From contig DATLQI010000038.1 of NCBI GenBank assembly GCA_035535295.1, forward strand, positions 95,973-159,972: a stretch of 64,000 nt of DNA. Direction: 5' to 3'. The first letter of the stretch is position 1; every line of letters begins with the position of its first letter. The notes under the pieces are model-generated. The model saw only the letters and a program-made list of their open reading frames with translations, had not been told where the DNA came from and ran no database searches. Shown here piece after piece: positions 52,378 through 59,260 of the stretch. Source of the DNA: Solirubrobacterales bacterium. GTDB lineage: Bacteria; Actinomycetota; Thermoleophilia; Solirubrobacterales; 70-9. The position numbers and the translations under genes are program-made.

Positions 52378-53037
52378 TCAATTTGCAGAGGACTCCGCAA
52401 ACAGCGGCTCGAAATCCAGCTCCGCTATCGATTCGACCACTTGCGAGGCGCCCGCATCGCGTAGCTCCGCCTCCGAAAAGCCGCCGGTGAGGACGGCGAG
52501 GGTGGGCACCCCGGCCGCTTTCGCCGCTTTCACGTCCCAGACCGAGTCACCGACCATCACCGCGGGGTTGTCGTTGCCCGCCTTCTCGAGTGCGGCAAGG
52601 ACGAGGTCGGGGGCGGGCTTGGTGCTCTCGACGTCGGCGGAGGTGGTCCAATCGTCGATCAGCTCCCGCGCCTCCAGCAGGTCGAGGTAGTGGTCGACCT
52701 CCTCCTGCTTGGCGGAGCTGGCGAGGATCACGCTGGCGCCGGCGTCGCGCAACTTCTCGATCAGCTCTCGCGCCCCCTGCATCGGCTCGACTTCGTCGAT
52801 CAGCTCTCCGTAGGCCTCCGCCTCGGCTTCGCGGATCGCGTCCCCCTCCTCGGCCGCGGCCTCCTCGCCAATCAGGGCGTCGAGGATCTGGTCGCCCCCC
52901 ATGCCGATGTGACGGTGGACCTTCCACATCTGTACGGGGTGGCCGTGGGCGTGCAGTGCCCGGTGCCAGGCGAGGGCGTGGTGATAGTTGGTGTCGACGA
53001 GGGTCCCGTCGACGTCCAGGATCGCGTTCAGCGGCAT
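52378..53037 (-). CDS. HAD-superfamily hydrolase
   Basis: ILDVDGTLVDT motif I. GDSVWD motif. Confidence 0.85.
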   Translation of the reverse strand: MPLNAILDVDGTLVDTNYHHALAWHRALHAHGHPVQMWKVHRHIGMGGDQILDALIGEEAAAEEGDAIREAEAEAYGELIDEVEPMQGARELIEKLRDAGASVILASSAKQEEVDHYLDLLEARELIDDWTTSADVESTKPAPDLVLAALEKAGNDNPAVMVGDSVWDVKAAKAAGVPTLAVLTGGFSEAELRDAGASQVVESIAELDFEPLFAESSAN

Positions 53038-53050
53038 GGATGCGGGGTAC
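53025..53050 (+). promoter_or_regulatory. SigB/SigF-type promoter, near match CGTTC-N15-GGGTAC, 10 nt to ATG 53061
   Basis: The -35 lies inside the divergent HAD gene start region. Confidence 0.4.
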
Positions 53051-53060
53051 CCGGGCTGAG

Positions 53061-53799
53061 ATGAAACATGTGCGAATCGGTTGTTCGGGCTGGGTCTACG
53101 ACTCCTGGCGCCACGGCATCTACGAAGGGGTGCCGCAGGCGCGCTGGCTCGAACGCTACGCCGAGATCTTCGACACCGTCGAGGTCAACAACACCTTCTA
53201 CCGCCTGGTCAAGCGCGAGGTGGTGGAAGGGTGGGTCGAGCGCACCCCGCCCGGCTTTCTCTTCGCGGTCAAGGGCAGTCGCTACCTCACCCACATGAAA
53301 AGGCTGCGCGGGATCGAGCCGGGGCTCGCCCGCTTCTGGGAGCCGCTGGAGCCGTTGCGCGAGAGCGGCAAGCTGGGGCCGCTGCTGTGGCAGCTGCCCG
53401 GCAACTTCCACCGCGACGACGCCGTCCTCGCCGCGGCGCTAGAGCTGTTGCCCCCAGCGCGCCACTGCTTCGAGTTCCGGCACTCGAGCTGGTTCGTGCC
53501 AGCGGTGCGGCGGATCCTCGAGGACCACGGCGCCTCGCTGGTGATTCCCCACGACGGCAGGCGGGACCTGCCGGAGGCGCGGCCGGCCGGGGGGGGTCGC
53601 TTACCTGCGGCTGCACCACGGCGCCCGTGGCCGCAACGGCAACTACTCGAAGACCGAGCTCGACCACTGGCGGCGGCGGATTGCCGCTTGGCGTTCCCGC
53701 CGCGAAGTCTTCGCCTACCTCAACAACGACTGGGAGGAATTCGCTCCCCCCAACGCGATCACCTTGCGGCAGGGACTGTCGGTTCCGCAACTGGTGTAA
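53061..53799 (+). pseudogene. DUF72 (UPF0759) family gene with +1 frameshift in a G8 tract
   Basis: The N-terminal 177 codons are in frame 0 (IGCSGWVYDSW...LVIPHDGRR). The conserved C-terminus (VAYLRLHHGARGRNGNYS...FAYLNNDWEEFAP) continues in frame +1 after GGGGGGGG at 53589..53596. Confidence 0.7.
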
Positions 53800-53820
53800 T
53801 CCGGCGGGGACGCCGGGTAT
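53793..53820 (+). promoter_or_regulatory. SigB/SigF-type promoter, near match GGTGT-N17-GGGTAT, 9 nt to ATG 53830
   Basis: Consensus GGGTAT and the recurring 9-nt spacing. Confidence 0.45.
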
Positions 53821-53829
53821 GGGGCGGAC

Positions 53830-54021
53830 ATGTCAGCGATAAAGAAGAACCTCACCAAGAAGGTGGCCAAGGCCGCCGCCAAGCACACCGCTCACGGCAC
53901 CGCCTCGAAGTTGAAGCGGGACCCGATGCGCGCCGCGACCCTGCTCGGTCTCGGGGGCGCGCTCGGCGCCGCAGCCGGCTGGATGGCCGCCCGCTCCGCC
54001 TCGGTCAGCACCGGTTCTTGA
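53830..54021 (+). CDS. small Lys-rich protein with C-terminal hydrophobic segment (63 aa)
   Basis: Start fixed by the -10 spacing. No family recognised. Confidence 0.45.
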   Translation: MSAIKKNLTKKVAKAAAKHTAHGTASKLKRDPMRAATLLGLGGALGAAAGWMAARSASVSTGS

Positions 54022-54059
54022 GCCGGCAAACAGCCGGCCCGGCCGCCGGCCGGGCCGGC
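54022..54059. terminator. GC-rich double hairpin between convergent genes
   Basis: GCCGGC-AAACA-GCCGGC, followed by 11-bp perfect arms GCCGGCCCGGC / GCCGGGCCGGC with a 5-nt loop. No U-tract. Confidence 0.45.
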
Positions 54060-54069
54060 ATGGCATCCC

Positions 54070-54300
54070 TCAGGAAGAGAGGCGCGAGCGAAGAAGGTCC
54101 TTACCCTGCTCGGCGCCCTTGCGGCTCGTCTCCTGCGCGCGGCGGAAGAAGTCCGCAAGATCAGAGTCGCCCTCGCGCTCCGCGTCTTCGACGTAGGTCT
54201 CGAGCCGCAGCACGTTGCTGAGGCACTGCTCGGTGAACCAGATGACGTTGTAGTCCTTGTCCTTGGTGCCGGTGATCTGCCCAGCCTCTTGGGTGCCCAT
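54070..54300 (-). CDS. small cytosolic hypothetical protein (76 aa)
   Basis: RBS GAGGAGGAG. GC3-rich codons. Confidence 0.55.
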   Translation of the reverse strand: MGTQEAGQITGTKDKDYNVIWFTEQCLSNVLRLETYVEDAEREGDSDLADFFRRAQETSRKGAEQGKDLLRSRLSS

Positions 54301-54336
54301 CTCACTCCTCCTCAGTCGTTTCCGTTCACCTTGCGA

Positions 54337-54362
54337 GTACCCCGAGGGAAGGGTGGAAAACG
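54337..54362 (-). promoter_or_regulatory. SigB/SigF-type promoter CGTTT-N15-GGGTAC
   Basis: Strict GTTT/GGGTA match. 36-nt leader to the ATG at 54300. Confidence 0.6.
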
Positions 54363-54371
54363 AAGACGCGG

Positions 54372-54398
54372 AGTTTCGTGCCTGCGCGGCAGGGGTAC
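54372..54398 (+). promoter_or_regulatory. SigB/SigF-type promoter AGTTT-N16-GGGTAC, 9 nt to ATG 54408
   Basis: Strict GTTT/GGGTA match, back-to-back with the minus-strand promoter. Confidence 0.6.
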
Positions 54399-54407
54399 CG
54401 GCCCAGC

Positions 54408-54638
54408 ATGTACGTCATACCGATTGTCCTGATCATCCTGCTGGCGCTGATCGCGGTCGCCTGGTCGCCGATCTTCGCGCTGATCTTCTTCGTAATCGGC
54501 TTCGTCGGCTTCCTCGCCTACGCGGGGATGAGTCGGCGCGCCGACGAGAAACTGGCCCCGCCCGAGCAGCCCGGCCGTCAGCCTCAGCACCAGGCCCAGG
54601 GCGACACCGGCATGTGGGGAGAGAGGAAGCCTTCGTGA
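54408..54638 (+). CDS. small two-TM membrane protein (76 aa)
   Basis: ATG at 54408 is fixed by the promoter spacing; the track start at 54378 lies inside the promoter. Begins MYVIPIVLIILLALIAVAW. Confidence 0.55.
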   Translation: MYVIPIVLIILLALIAVAWSPIFALIFFVIGFVGFLAYAGMSRRADEKLAPPEQPGRQPQHQAQGDTGMWGERKPS

Positions 54639-54958
54639 GCGAGCCGGAGAAAGACCCGATCGCCGAGGAAGAGGCCGACGCCGCGGCCGCGGAAGCCGCA
54701 CGGATCGGCGGCCCCGCCCCCGATGACCCCGTCGACGACCCGGCCCAACGGCCGTTGGTCGAGGGCGGGGAGGGGGAGGCCGAGGGCTTCGAGCTGGCCG
54801 AGGCGGAGCTGATCGACAACGCCGAGCACGGCGACGAAAAACGGTTCCCGAATCGCGACGCTGGCTCGCCAGAGGAGCCGAGTGACACCTCGGCCTTCGG
54901 TGAAGCGGACGAAGAGATCCCGCAGGACGCCGACGAGGCGATTCGCCGCAACGAGTAG
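54635..54958 (+). CDS. acidic disordered protein (107 aa)
   Basis: GTG overlaps the upstream stop (GTGA). Asp/Glu/Ala-rich. Confidence 0.45.
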   Translation: MSEPEKDPIAEEEADAAAAEAARIGGPAPDDPVDDPAQRPLVEGGEGEAEGFELAEAELIDNAEHGDEKRFPNRDAGSPEEPSDTSAFGEADEEIPQDADEAIRRNE

Positions 54959-54969
54959 GAGGTCCAGCC

Positions 54970-55782
54970 ATGTCCCGCCGAGTGATCGCGATCGTCACCG
55001 ACGACCTTCACGGCTCCGAGCCGCTGGAGCAACTGCAGGCCAATGCCAACGGCACCGGAGTGGAGGTGCGGATCGTCGTCCCCGCAGTGGAGGCAACCCC
55101 GCTGCGGCACACCCTTGGGGACATCGAGGGCCCGCGGGAGCGGGCCGAGAATCGCCTGGAGCGCAACCTGAAGGCGCTGCGCGACGGTGGCCTCGAGGTC
55201 AGCGGCGAGGTTGGCGATCCCGACCCGGTGCAGGCCGCGCAGGACGCGCTGTTGAAACAGCCGGCTGACGAAGTGCTGATTTTCACCCACGCCGAGGGAC
55301 AAACGGAGTGGTACGAGAAAGGCCTCTACGAGCGGGCGGAGGAATCGATCGAGCCGCCACTGCGGCTGGTCGCCCTCGAGCACGCCGAGAACGAGCCCGA
55401 CCACGTGGTCGACGTCGAGGAGACTGGTCGCGGCACGATCAACCCGCTCGCCGGCAAGGAAGTCGCAGGCGGCGCCTACATCCCTGGGATGACCCGCTCG
55501 GACCTGGCGGGAATGGTGGCCGGGATCGTCGGCACGATCGTCGTTGCGATTCTCGCCGCGGCGATCGCCTCCGGCAGCGGCCACGAGTCCGGCTGGGAAG
55601 CGGTGGCGATCCTGATCGCGATCGGCGTCGCCCTCGCCAACCTCGCCCACGTCGTCGGTCTCGGCATCTTCGAGAGCATCCGCTACCGGGGCGGGTTCGC
55701 GAAGTTCTTCCGCACTCTCGCCTTGACGTTCACGCCGCTGGCGATCCTCGTCAACCTGGCGATTCTGATCTTCGCCGACTGA
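54970..55782 (+). CDS. membrane protein with N-terminal USP-like alpha/beta domain
   Basis: The N-terminal about 130 aa resemble the universal-stress-protein fold pattern. C-terminal 3-4 TM helices. Confidence 0.55.
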   Translation: MSRRVIAIVTDDLHGSEPLEQLQANANGTGVEVRIVVPAVEATPLRHTLGDIEGPRERAENRLERNLKALRDGGLEVSGEVGDPDPVQAAQDALLKQPADEVLIFTHAEGQTEWYEKGLYERAEESIEPPLRLVALEHAENEPDHVVDVEETGRGTINPLAGKEVAGGAYIPGMTRSDLAGMVAGIVGTIVVAILAAAIASGSGHESGWEAVAILIAIGVALANLAHVVGLGIFESIRYRGGFAKFFRTLALTFTPLAILVNLAILIFAD

Positions 55783-55785
55783 GTA

Positions 55786-56721
55786 CTACTCGCGCCGCGT
55801 TTCCGCCGTCGCCGGTTCGGAGCGTCGCAGCGCCTCCAGCACCTCCTCGGCCAGCTGCGAACCGTCCTCGGGCCGCAGCGGCGTCGCGTTGACGCGGAAG
55901 ACGACCGCGTCGCCGTCGAGCTCCTCCAGGGAGACGCTGGGCTTGTAGCGGGTGGGGACGCTGATCGCCTGCAGCAGGCGTTGCTCGATCGCGCGCGGGC
56001 TCGCCTGGGCCGGGAAGCGGACGCGAACGTCGACCTTGTCGGGCTCGCGCAGCGGCACGACGACGAGGCTGAGGAGGACGTTGTTCGGCACCAGCAGCCG
56101 GTCGGCTCCCTGGCTCAGGGTCGTGTAAAAGAGGCCAAGTGAGGTGACGGTCCCCTCGATGGAGCCGGCGAGGGCGCCGCCGACCAGGCGCACCCGTTCG
56201 CCGACCCGGAACGGCCGCGTGCTCTGCAGGACGATGCCGGCAAAGATCCCGCCCAGCGCCTGCTGCGCAGCCAGCCCCAGCAGCACCGCGGTGAAGGCCC
56301 CGCCGACGGCAAGGGTGCTGGCGTTGACCCCGGCGATCCGCAGGGCGAGGACCACCACCGCCGTCATTGCCAAGAGGCGGACGACGAAGCCGGCGGTGCC
56401 GGCGGTGGCGGGGTCGAGGCGCCGGTAGAGCCGGGGAGAGAGCCCCCGCACCAGCCAGTGCACCGCGGCCGAGCCGACGATGATGAGGACGACGACCGTC
56501 CCGATTCGGATCCACTGCCCGTAACCGGGCGCGATCTCGCGCCGGTGCCCGTAGACGAAGAGAGTGCCGGCGATCACCAGCAATGCCAGCAGTAGGCCGC
56601 CGAACTGGCGTTTGGAGAATCGCGGCGCCAGCTCGTCACCGAGGCCGAGCGAGTGCCAGGCGTGGCTGCGGGTCTCGAACAGCTCCCGGGGGAGCCGGGG
56701 ACGGCGCGGAGCGGGGGACAT
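55786..56721 (-). CDS. MscS-family mechanosensitive channel
   Basis: TM3-like GGAFTAVLLGLAAQQALGGIFAGIVL, followed by RPFRVGERV. Confidence 0.85.
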   Translation of the reverse strand: MSPAPRRPRLPRELFETRSHAWHSLGLGDELAPRFSKRQFGGLLLALLVIAGTLFVYGHRREIAPGYGQWIRIGTVVVLIIVGSAAVHWLVRGLSPRLYRRLDPATAGTAGFVVRLLAMTAVVVLALRIAGVNASTLAVGGAFTAVLLGLAAQQALGGIFAGIVLQSTRPFRVGERVRLVGGALAGSIEGTVTSLGLFYTTLSQGADRLLVPNNVLLSLVVVPLREPDKVDVRVRFPAQASPRAIEQRLLQAISVPTRYKPSVSLEELDGDAVVFRVNATPLRPEDGSQLAEEVLEALRRSEPATAETRRE

Positions 56722-56731
56722 CAGGAAGCGG

Positions 56732-56757
56732 CTACCCCAGGGCGGGGGCGCTTAAGC
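56732..56757 (-). promoter_or_regulatory. SigB/SigF-type promoter, near match GCTTA(A)-N15-GGGTAG, 10 nt to ATG 56721
   Basis: The -35 overlaps the stop codon of the upstream STAS gene. Confidence 0.4.
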
Positions 56758-57114
56758 CGTCAGCGCGGCGAGGGCATCGTCCCGGGTCAGGTGGACCGGG
56801 ATCGAAAGCTCCAGGCCGGTGATCTCGAGCACGCGGCGGACCTGGTCGTTCCCGCTGCAGATGACCAGGGCGCGGCCGTTTTCGCCGCCGTCGAGGCGCT
56901 GCCAGGCGCGGACGATGAGGGCGATGCCGGTGGAGTCGATGAACTCGCAGCCAGAGAGGTCGATCAGCACCGAGCCCTCGTCGCTGGCCAGTACCTCGTC
57001 CAGTGGACCCTCCAATTCAGGAGCGGTGCTGAGGTCGAGCTCGCCACGGACCGCGACGGTCCGGACGCCGTGCTCGAGATCTCCCACTTTTACCTCGAAC
57101 GGGACTGGATTCAC
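56752..57114 (-). CDS. STAS-domain anti-sigma-factor antagonist (RsbV-like)
   Basis: CEFIDSTGIALIV motif. GTG start. Confidence 0.85.
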   Translation of the reverse strand: MNPVPFEVKVGDLEHGVRTVAVRGELDLSTAPELEGPLDEVLASDEGSVLIDLSGCEFIDSTGIALIVRAWQRLDGGENGRALVICSGNDQVRRVLEITGLELSIPVHLTRDDALAALTA

Positions 57115-57153
57115 GGGACGATGCTACCGCAGGCGAGCAAGATGTCTGCATGG

Positions 57154-57180
57154 CGTTTTGCGGTCCACCGGCAGGGGTAA
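57154..57180 (+). promoter_or_regulatory. SigB/SigF-type promoter CGTTT-N16-GGGTAA
   Basis: Strict GTTT/GGGTA match, about 118 nt upstream of the anti-sigma kinase-like gene. Confidence 0.55.
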
Positions 57181-57297
57181 GCAGGCTTTGTAGAGAGGCG
57201 GCAAAGTATGCTCGCGCCTCTGGAATACGAGCCTCGACGTTCCTGGGGGCAGGCTGGAACTTTGAATACCTCAACCAATGACCGATCGGGGCTCCAA

Positions 57298-58098
57298 ATG
57301 TCCCTTCCCGCGCGGGCTGAGAACGTGGCGGTGGTCCGCCACGCCCTCGCCGGCCTGGCGGAACGCTTGGGAATGGATGAGGCGTCTCTCGCGGACCTGA
57401 AGACGGTCGTCACCGAGGCCTGCATGAACGTTGTCGTCCACGCCTACGCCGGCAGCGAGCCGGGGCCGCTGGAGGTCGAGGCCGAGAGCGATCTCGAGGG
57501 GCTCACGGTCGTGATCCGCGACCACGGCACCGGGATCAGGCCTCGCCCCGACGTTGAGCGCCCGAGCCTGCGGATCGGTCTGACTCTGATCGCCGCCCTC
57601 TCCAGCAGCTTCGAGATCAAAGGCGGGGCGGAAAAAGGCACCGAGATCCGCATGCACCTGCCGCTGCAGGCGCGCGAGAACGGCGCCGTCACCGGCTCCA
57701 CCTTCGCGGTGATGGCTGACGAGGAGACCCGGATCCGGGTCGGCCCGCCGGAGATCGTCGGCCCGGTCCTCAGCCGCGCCCTCTCCGCCCTCGCCGCCCG
57801 CCAGGACATCAGCGTCGACCGCCTCTCGGACACGATGCTGCTCAGCGACGCGATCTCCGCCCGGGCGCCCCAAGGCTTCACCGACGGCCACGTCTCCCTC
57901 AGCATCGCTGAGCTGCCGAAGGGGATCGAGCTCAAGGTCGGCCCGATGACCCACGGCGGCGCCGAGCGCCTCCGCGCCAGCTTCGAGCTTCCCGAGGTCG
58001 GCGGCTCCCTGGAGAAGCTGACCGACGAGCTGCGGGTCGAGGAGGGCGACGAAGGCGAGTACCTCGTCGTCGCCATCTCCTCGTTCTCGAAGAACTAA
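57298..58098 (+). CDS. anti-sigma-factor serine kinase-like protein (RsbW/SpoIIAB-type HATPase) with C-terminal extension
   Basis: ATG at 57298. VVTEACMNVVVHAY...DHGTGI pattern. Confidence 0.75.
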   Translation: MSLPARAENVAVVRHALAGLAERLGMDEASLADLKTVVTEACMNVVVHAYAGSEPGPLEVEAESDLEGLTVVIRDHGTGIRPRPDVERPSLRIGLTLIAALSSSFEIKGGAEKGTEIRMHLPLQARENGAVTGSTFAVMADEETRIRVGPPEIVGPVLSRALSALAARQDISVDRLSDTMLLSDAISARAPQGFTDGHVSLSIAELPKGIELKVGPMTHGGAERLRASFELPEVGGSLEKLTDELRVEEGDEGEYLVVAISSFSKN

Positions 58099-58113
58099 GA
58101 AGCGCTGCTGCAT

Positions 58114-58239
58114 GAGGGGGTGCCGGTGGGGGTGCCCCGGAGCACCTCCGCCGCGTGACTTGTGGTTGGGCTGACGCCGCGAGCGGTATTGGCGCGGCTC
58201 CATGCTGAGTACCGGGACACCCCCACCGGCACCCCCCTC
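58114..58239. repeat. 126-bp imperfect palindrome between convergent anti-sigma and sigma genes
   Basis: Left arm GAGGGGGTGCCGGTGGGGGTGCCCCGG (58114..58140). The reverse complement of 58212..58239 is GAGGGGGGTGCCGGTGGGGGTGTCCCGG. The 71-nt spacer contains further GGAGC/GCTCC pairing. Confidence 0.75.
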
Positions 58240-58257
58240 CCAACCCCAGCCCCGCTG

Positions 58258-59079
58258 TTACTCGGTCTCAGTGGTCGCGGCGCCGCTTTGCTCGGCGACC
58301 TCGGCGCGGATGCGCTCCAGGGTGCGGCGGAGGATGCGGGAGACGTGCATCTGGGAGTGGCCGATCCGCTCGGCGATCTGCGACTGGGTGAGATCCTCGA
58401 CGAAGCGGAGCTGGAGGACGAGGCGCTCGCGCTCGTCGAGGTGGGGGAGGGCTCCCTCGAGGGCGAGTTTGTCCTCGACCAGCTCGTAGCCGGTGTCCTC
58501 GTCTCCGACCCACTCCGAGGCCGGCGATTCTTCCGCGTCCTCGCCGCCGACGGGGCGGTCGAGTGAGAGCGGTCGCCGGTTGTGGTTGGCCTCGAGCACC
58601 TCGAGCACGTCGGTAGGGTCGACCTCGAGCCGCTCGGCGATCTCGGTGACCGAAGGGGAGCGCTGCAGCTGCACGGTCAGCTCGGAGATCGCTTTCTCGA
58701 CTTCGGCCATGCGGTCGTGGAGGCCGCGGGGGACGCGGACGGTCCAGACCCGGTCGCGGAAGTGGCGCTTCAGCTCACCGAGGATCGTCGGCGAGGCGAA
58801 GGCAGTGAAGGGAGCGCCGCGATCGGGGTCGAAACGGTCGATCGCGTTGACGAGGCCGAGGCTCGCCACCTGCAGGAGGTCGTCGAAGGACTCGCTGGCG
58901 CCGCGGTAACGCAGGGCCAGGTTTTTCGCGAAGGGCAGATAGCGGCGGACCAGCTCCTCGCGGATCGCGGGATCGCGGTCTTTGACGAAGCGCGCCCAGA
59001 GCACGCGCTCGCTTGCCAGGCCCTCACCGGGACCCGGGCTCGACTGGTCTGCGCTTTTCGGCGTCTCTTCCCTGTTCAC
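58258..59079 (-). CDS. SigB/SigF/SigG-family (group 3) RNA polymerase sigma factor
   Basis: Region 2 (FDDLLQVASLGLVNAIDRFDP), region 3, and region 4 (LTQSQIAERIGHSQMHVSRIL). Confidence 0.9.
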   Translation of the reverse strand: MNREETPKSADQSSPGPGEGLASERVLWARFVKDRDPAIREELVRRYLPFAKNLALRYRGASESFDDLLQVASLGLVNAIDRFDPDRGAPFTAFASPTILGELKRHFRDRVWTVRVPRGLHDRMAEVEKAISELTVQLQRSPSVTEIAERLEVDPTDVLEVLEANHNRRPLSLDRPVGGEDAEESPASEWVGDEDTGYELVEDKLALEGALPHLDERERLVLQLRFVEDLTQSQIAERIGHSQMHVSRILRRTLERIRAEVAEQSGAATTETE

Positions 59080-59212
59080 AGCATCGATCGATTAGGCGGC
59101 GTTACTTGTCCAACGTCGCTGCCCTGAGAGCGTCAGTCCGAAGCTGTGCAGCGCGACGGCAAGAAGCGGCCGTCAACGCAACGATAGCGAGAGGGGAAGA
59201 TGGGCCAACCAA

Positions 59213-59241
59213 CGGCGCCGCCCGGATGGCGGGCGGCGCCG
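59213..59241 (-). terminator. GC-rich hairpin downstream of 59261..59893
   Basis: 12-bp perfect stem CGGCGCCGCCCG / CGGGCGGCGCCG with a 5-nt loop. No clear U-tract. Confidence 0.4.
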
Positions 59242-59260
59242 GGTTAGCGGTAGAGGGCGC

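Noticed and set aside
57115-57130. CGGTAG followed by exactly 9 nt and the GTG start of the RsbV-like STAS gene.
   Set aside because: The -10 is imperfect and there is no GTT-containing -35 at 15-17 nt. It is kept only as a weak possibility.
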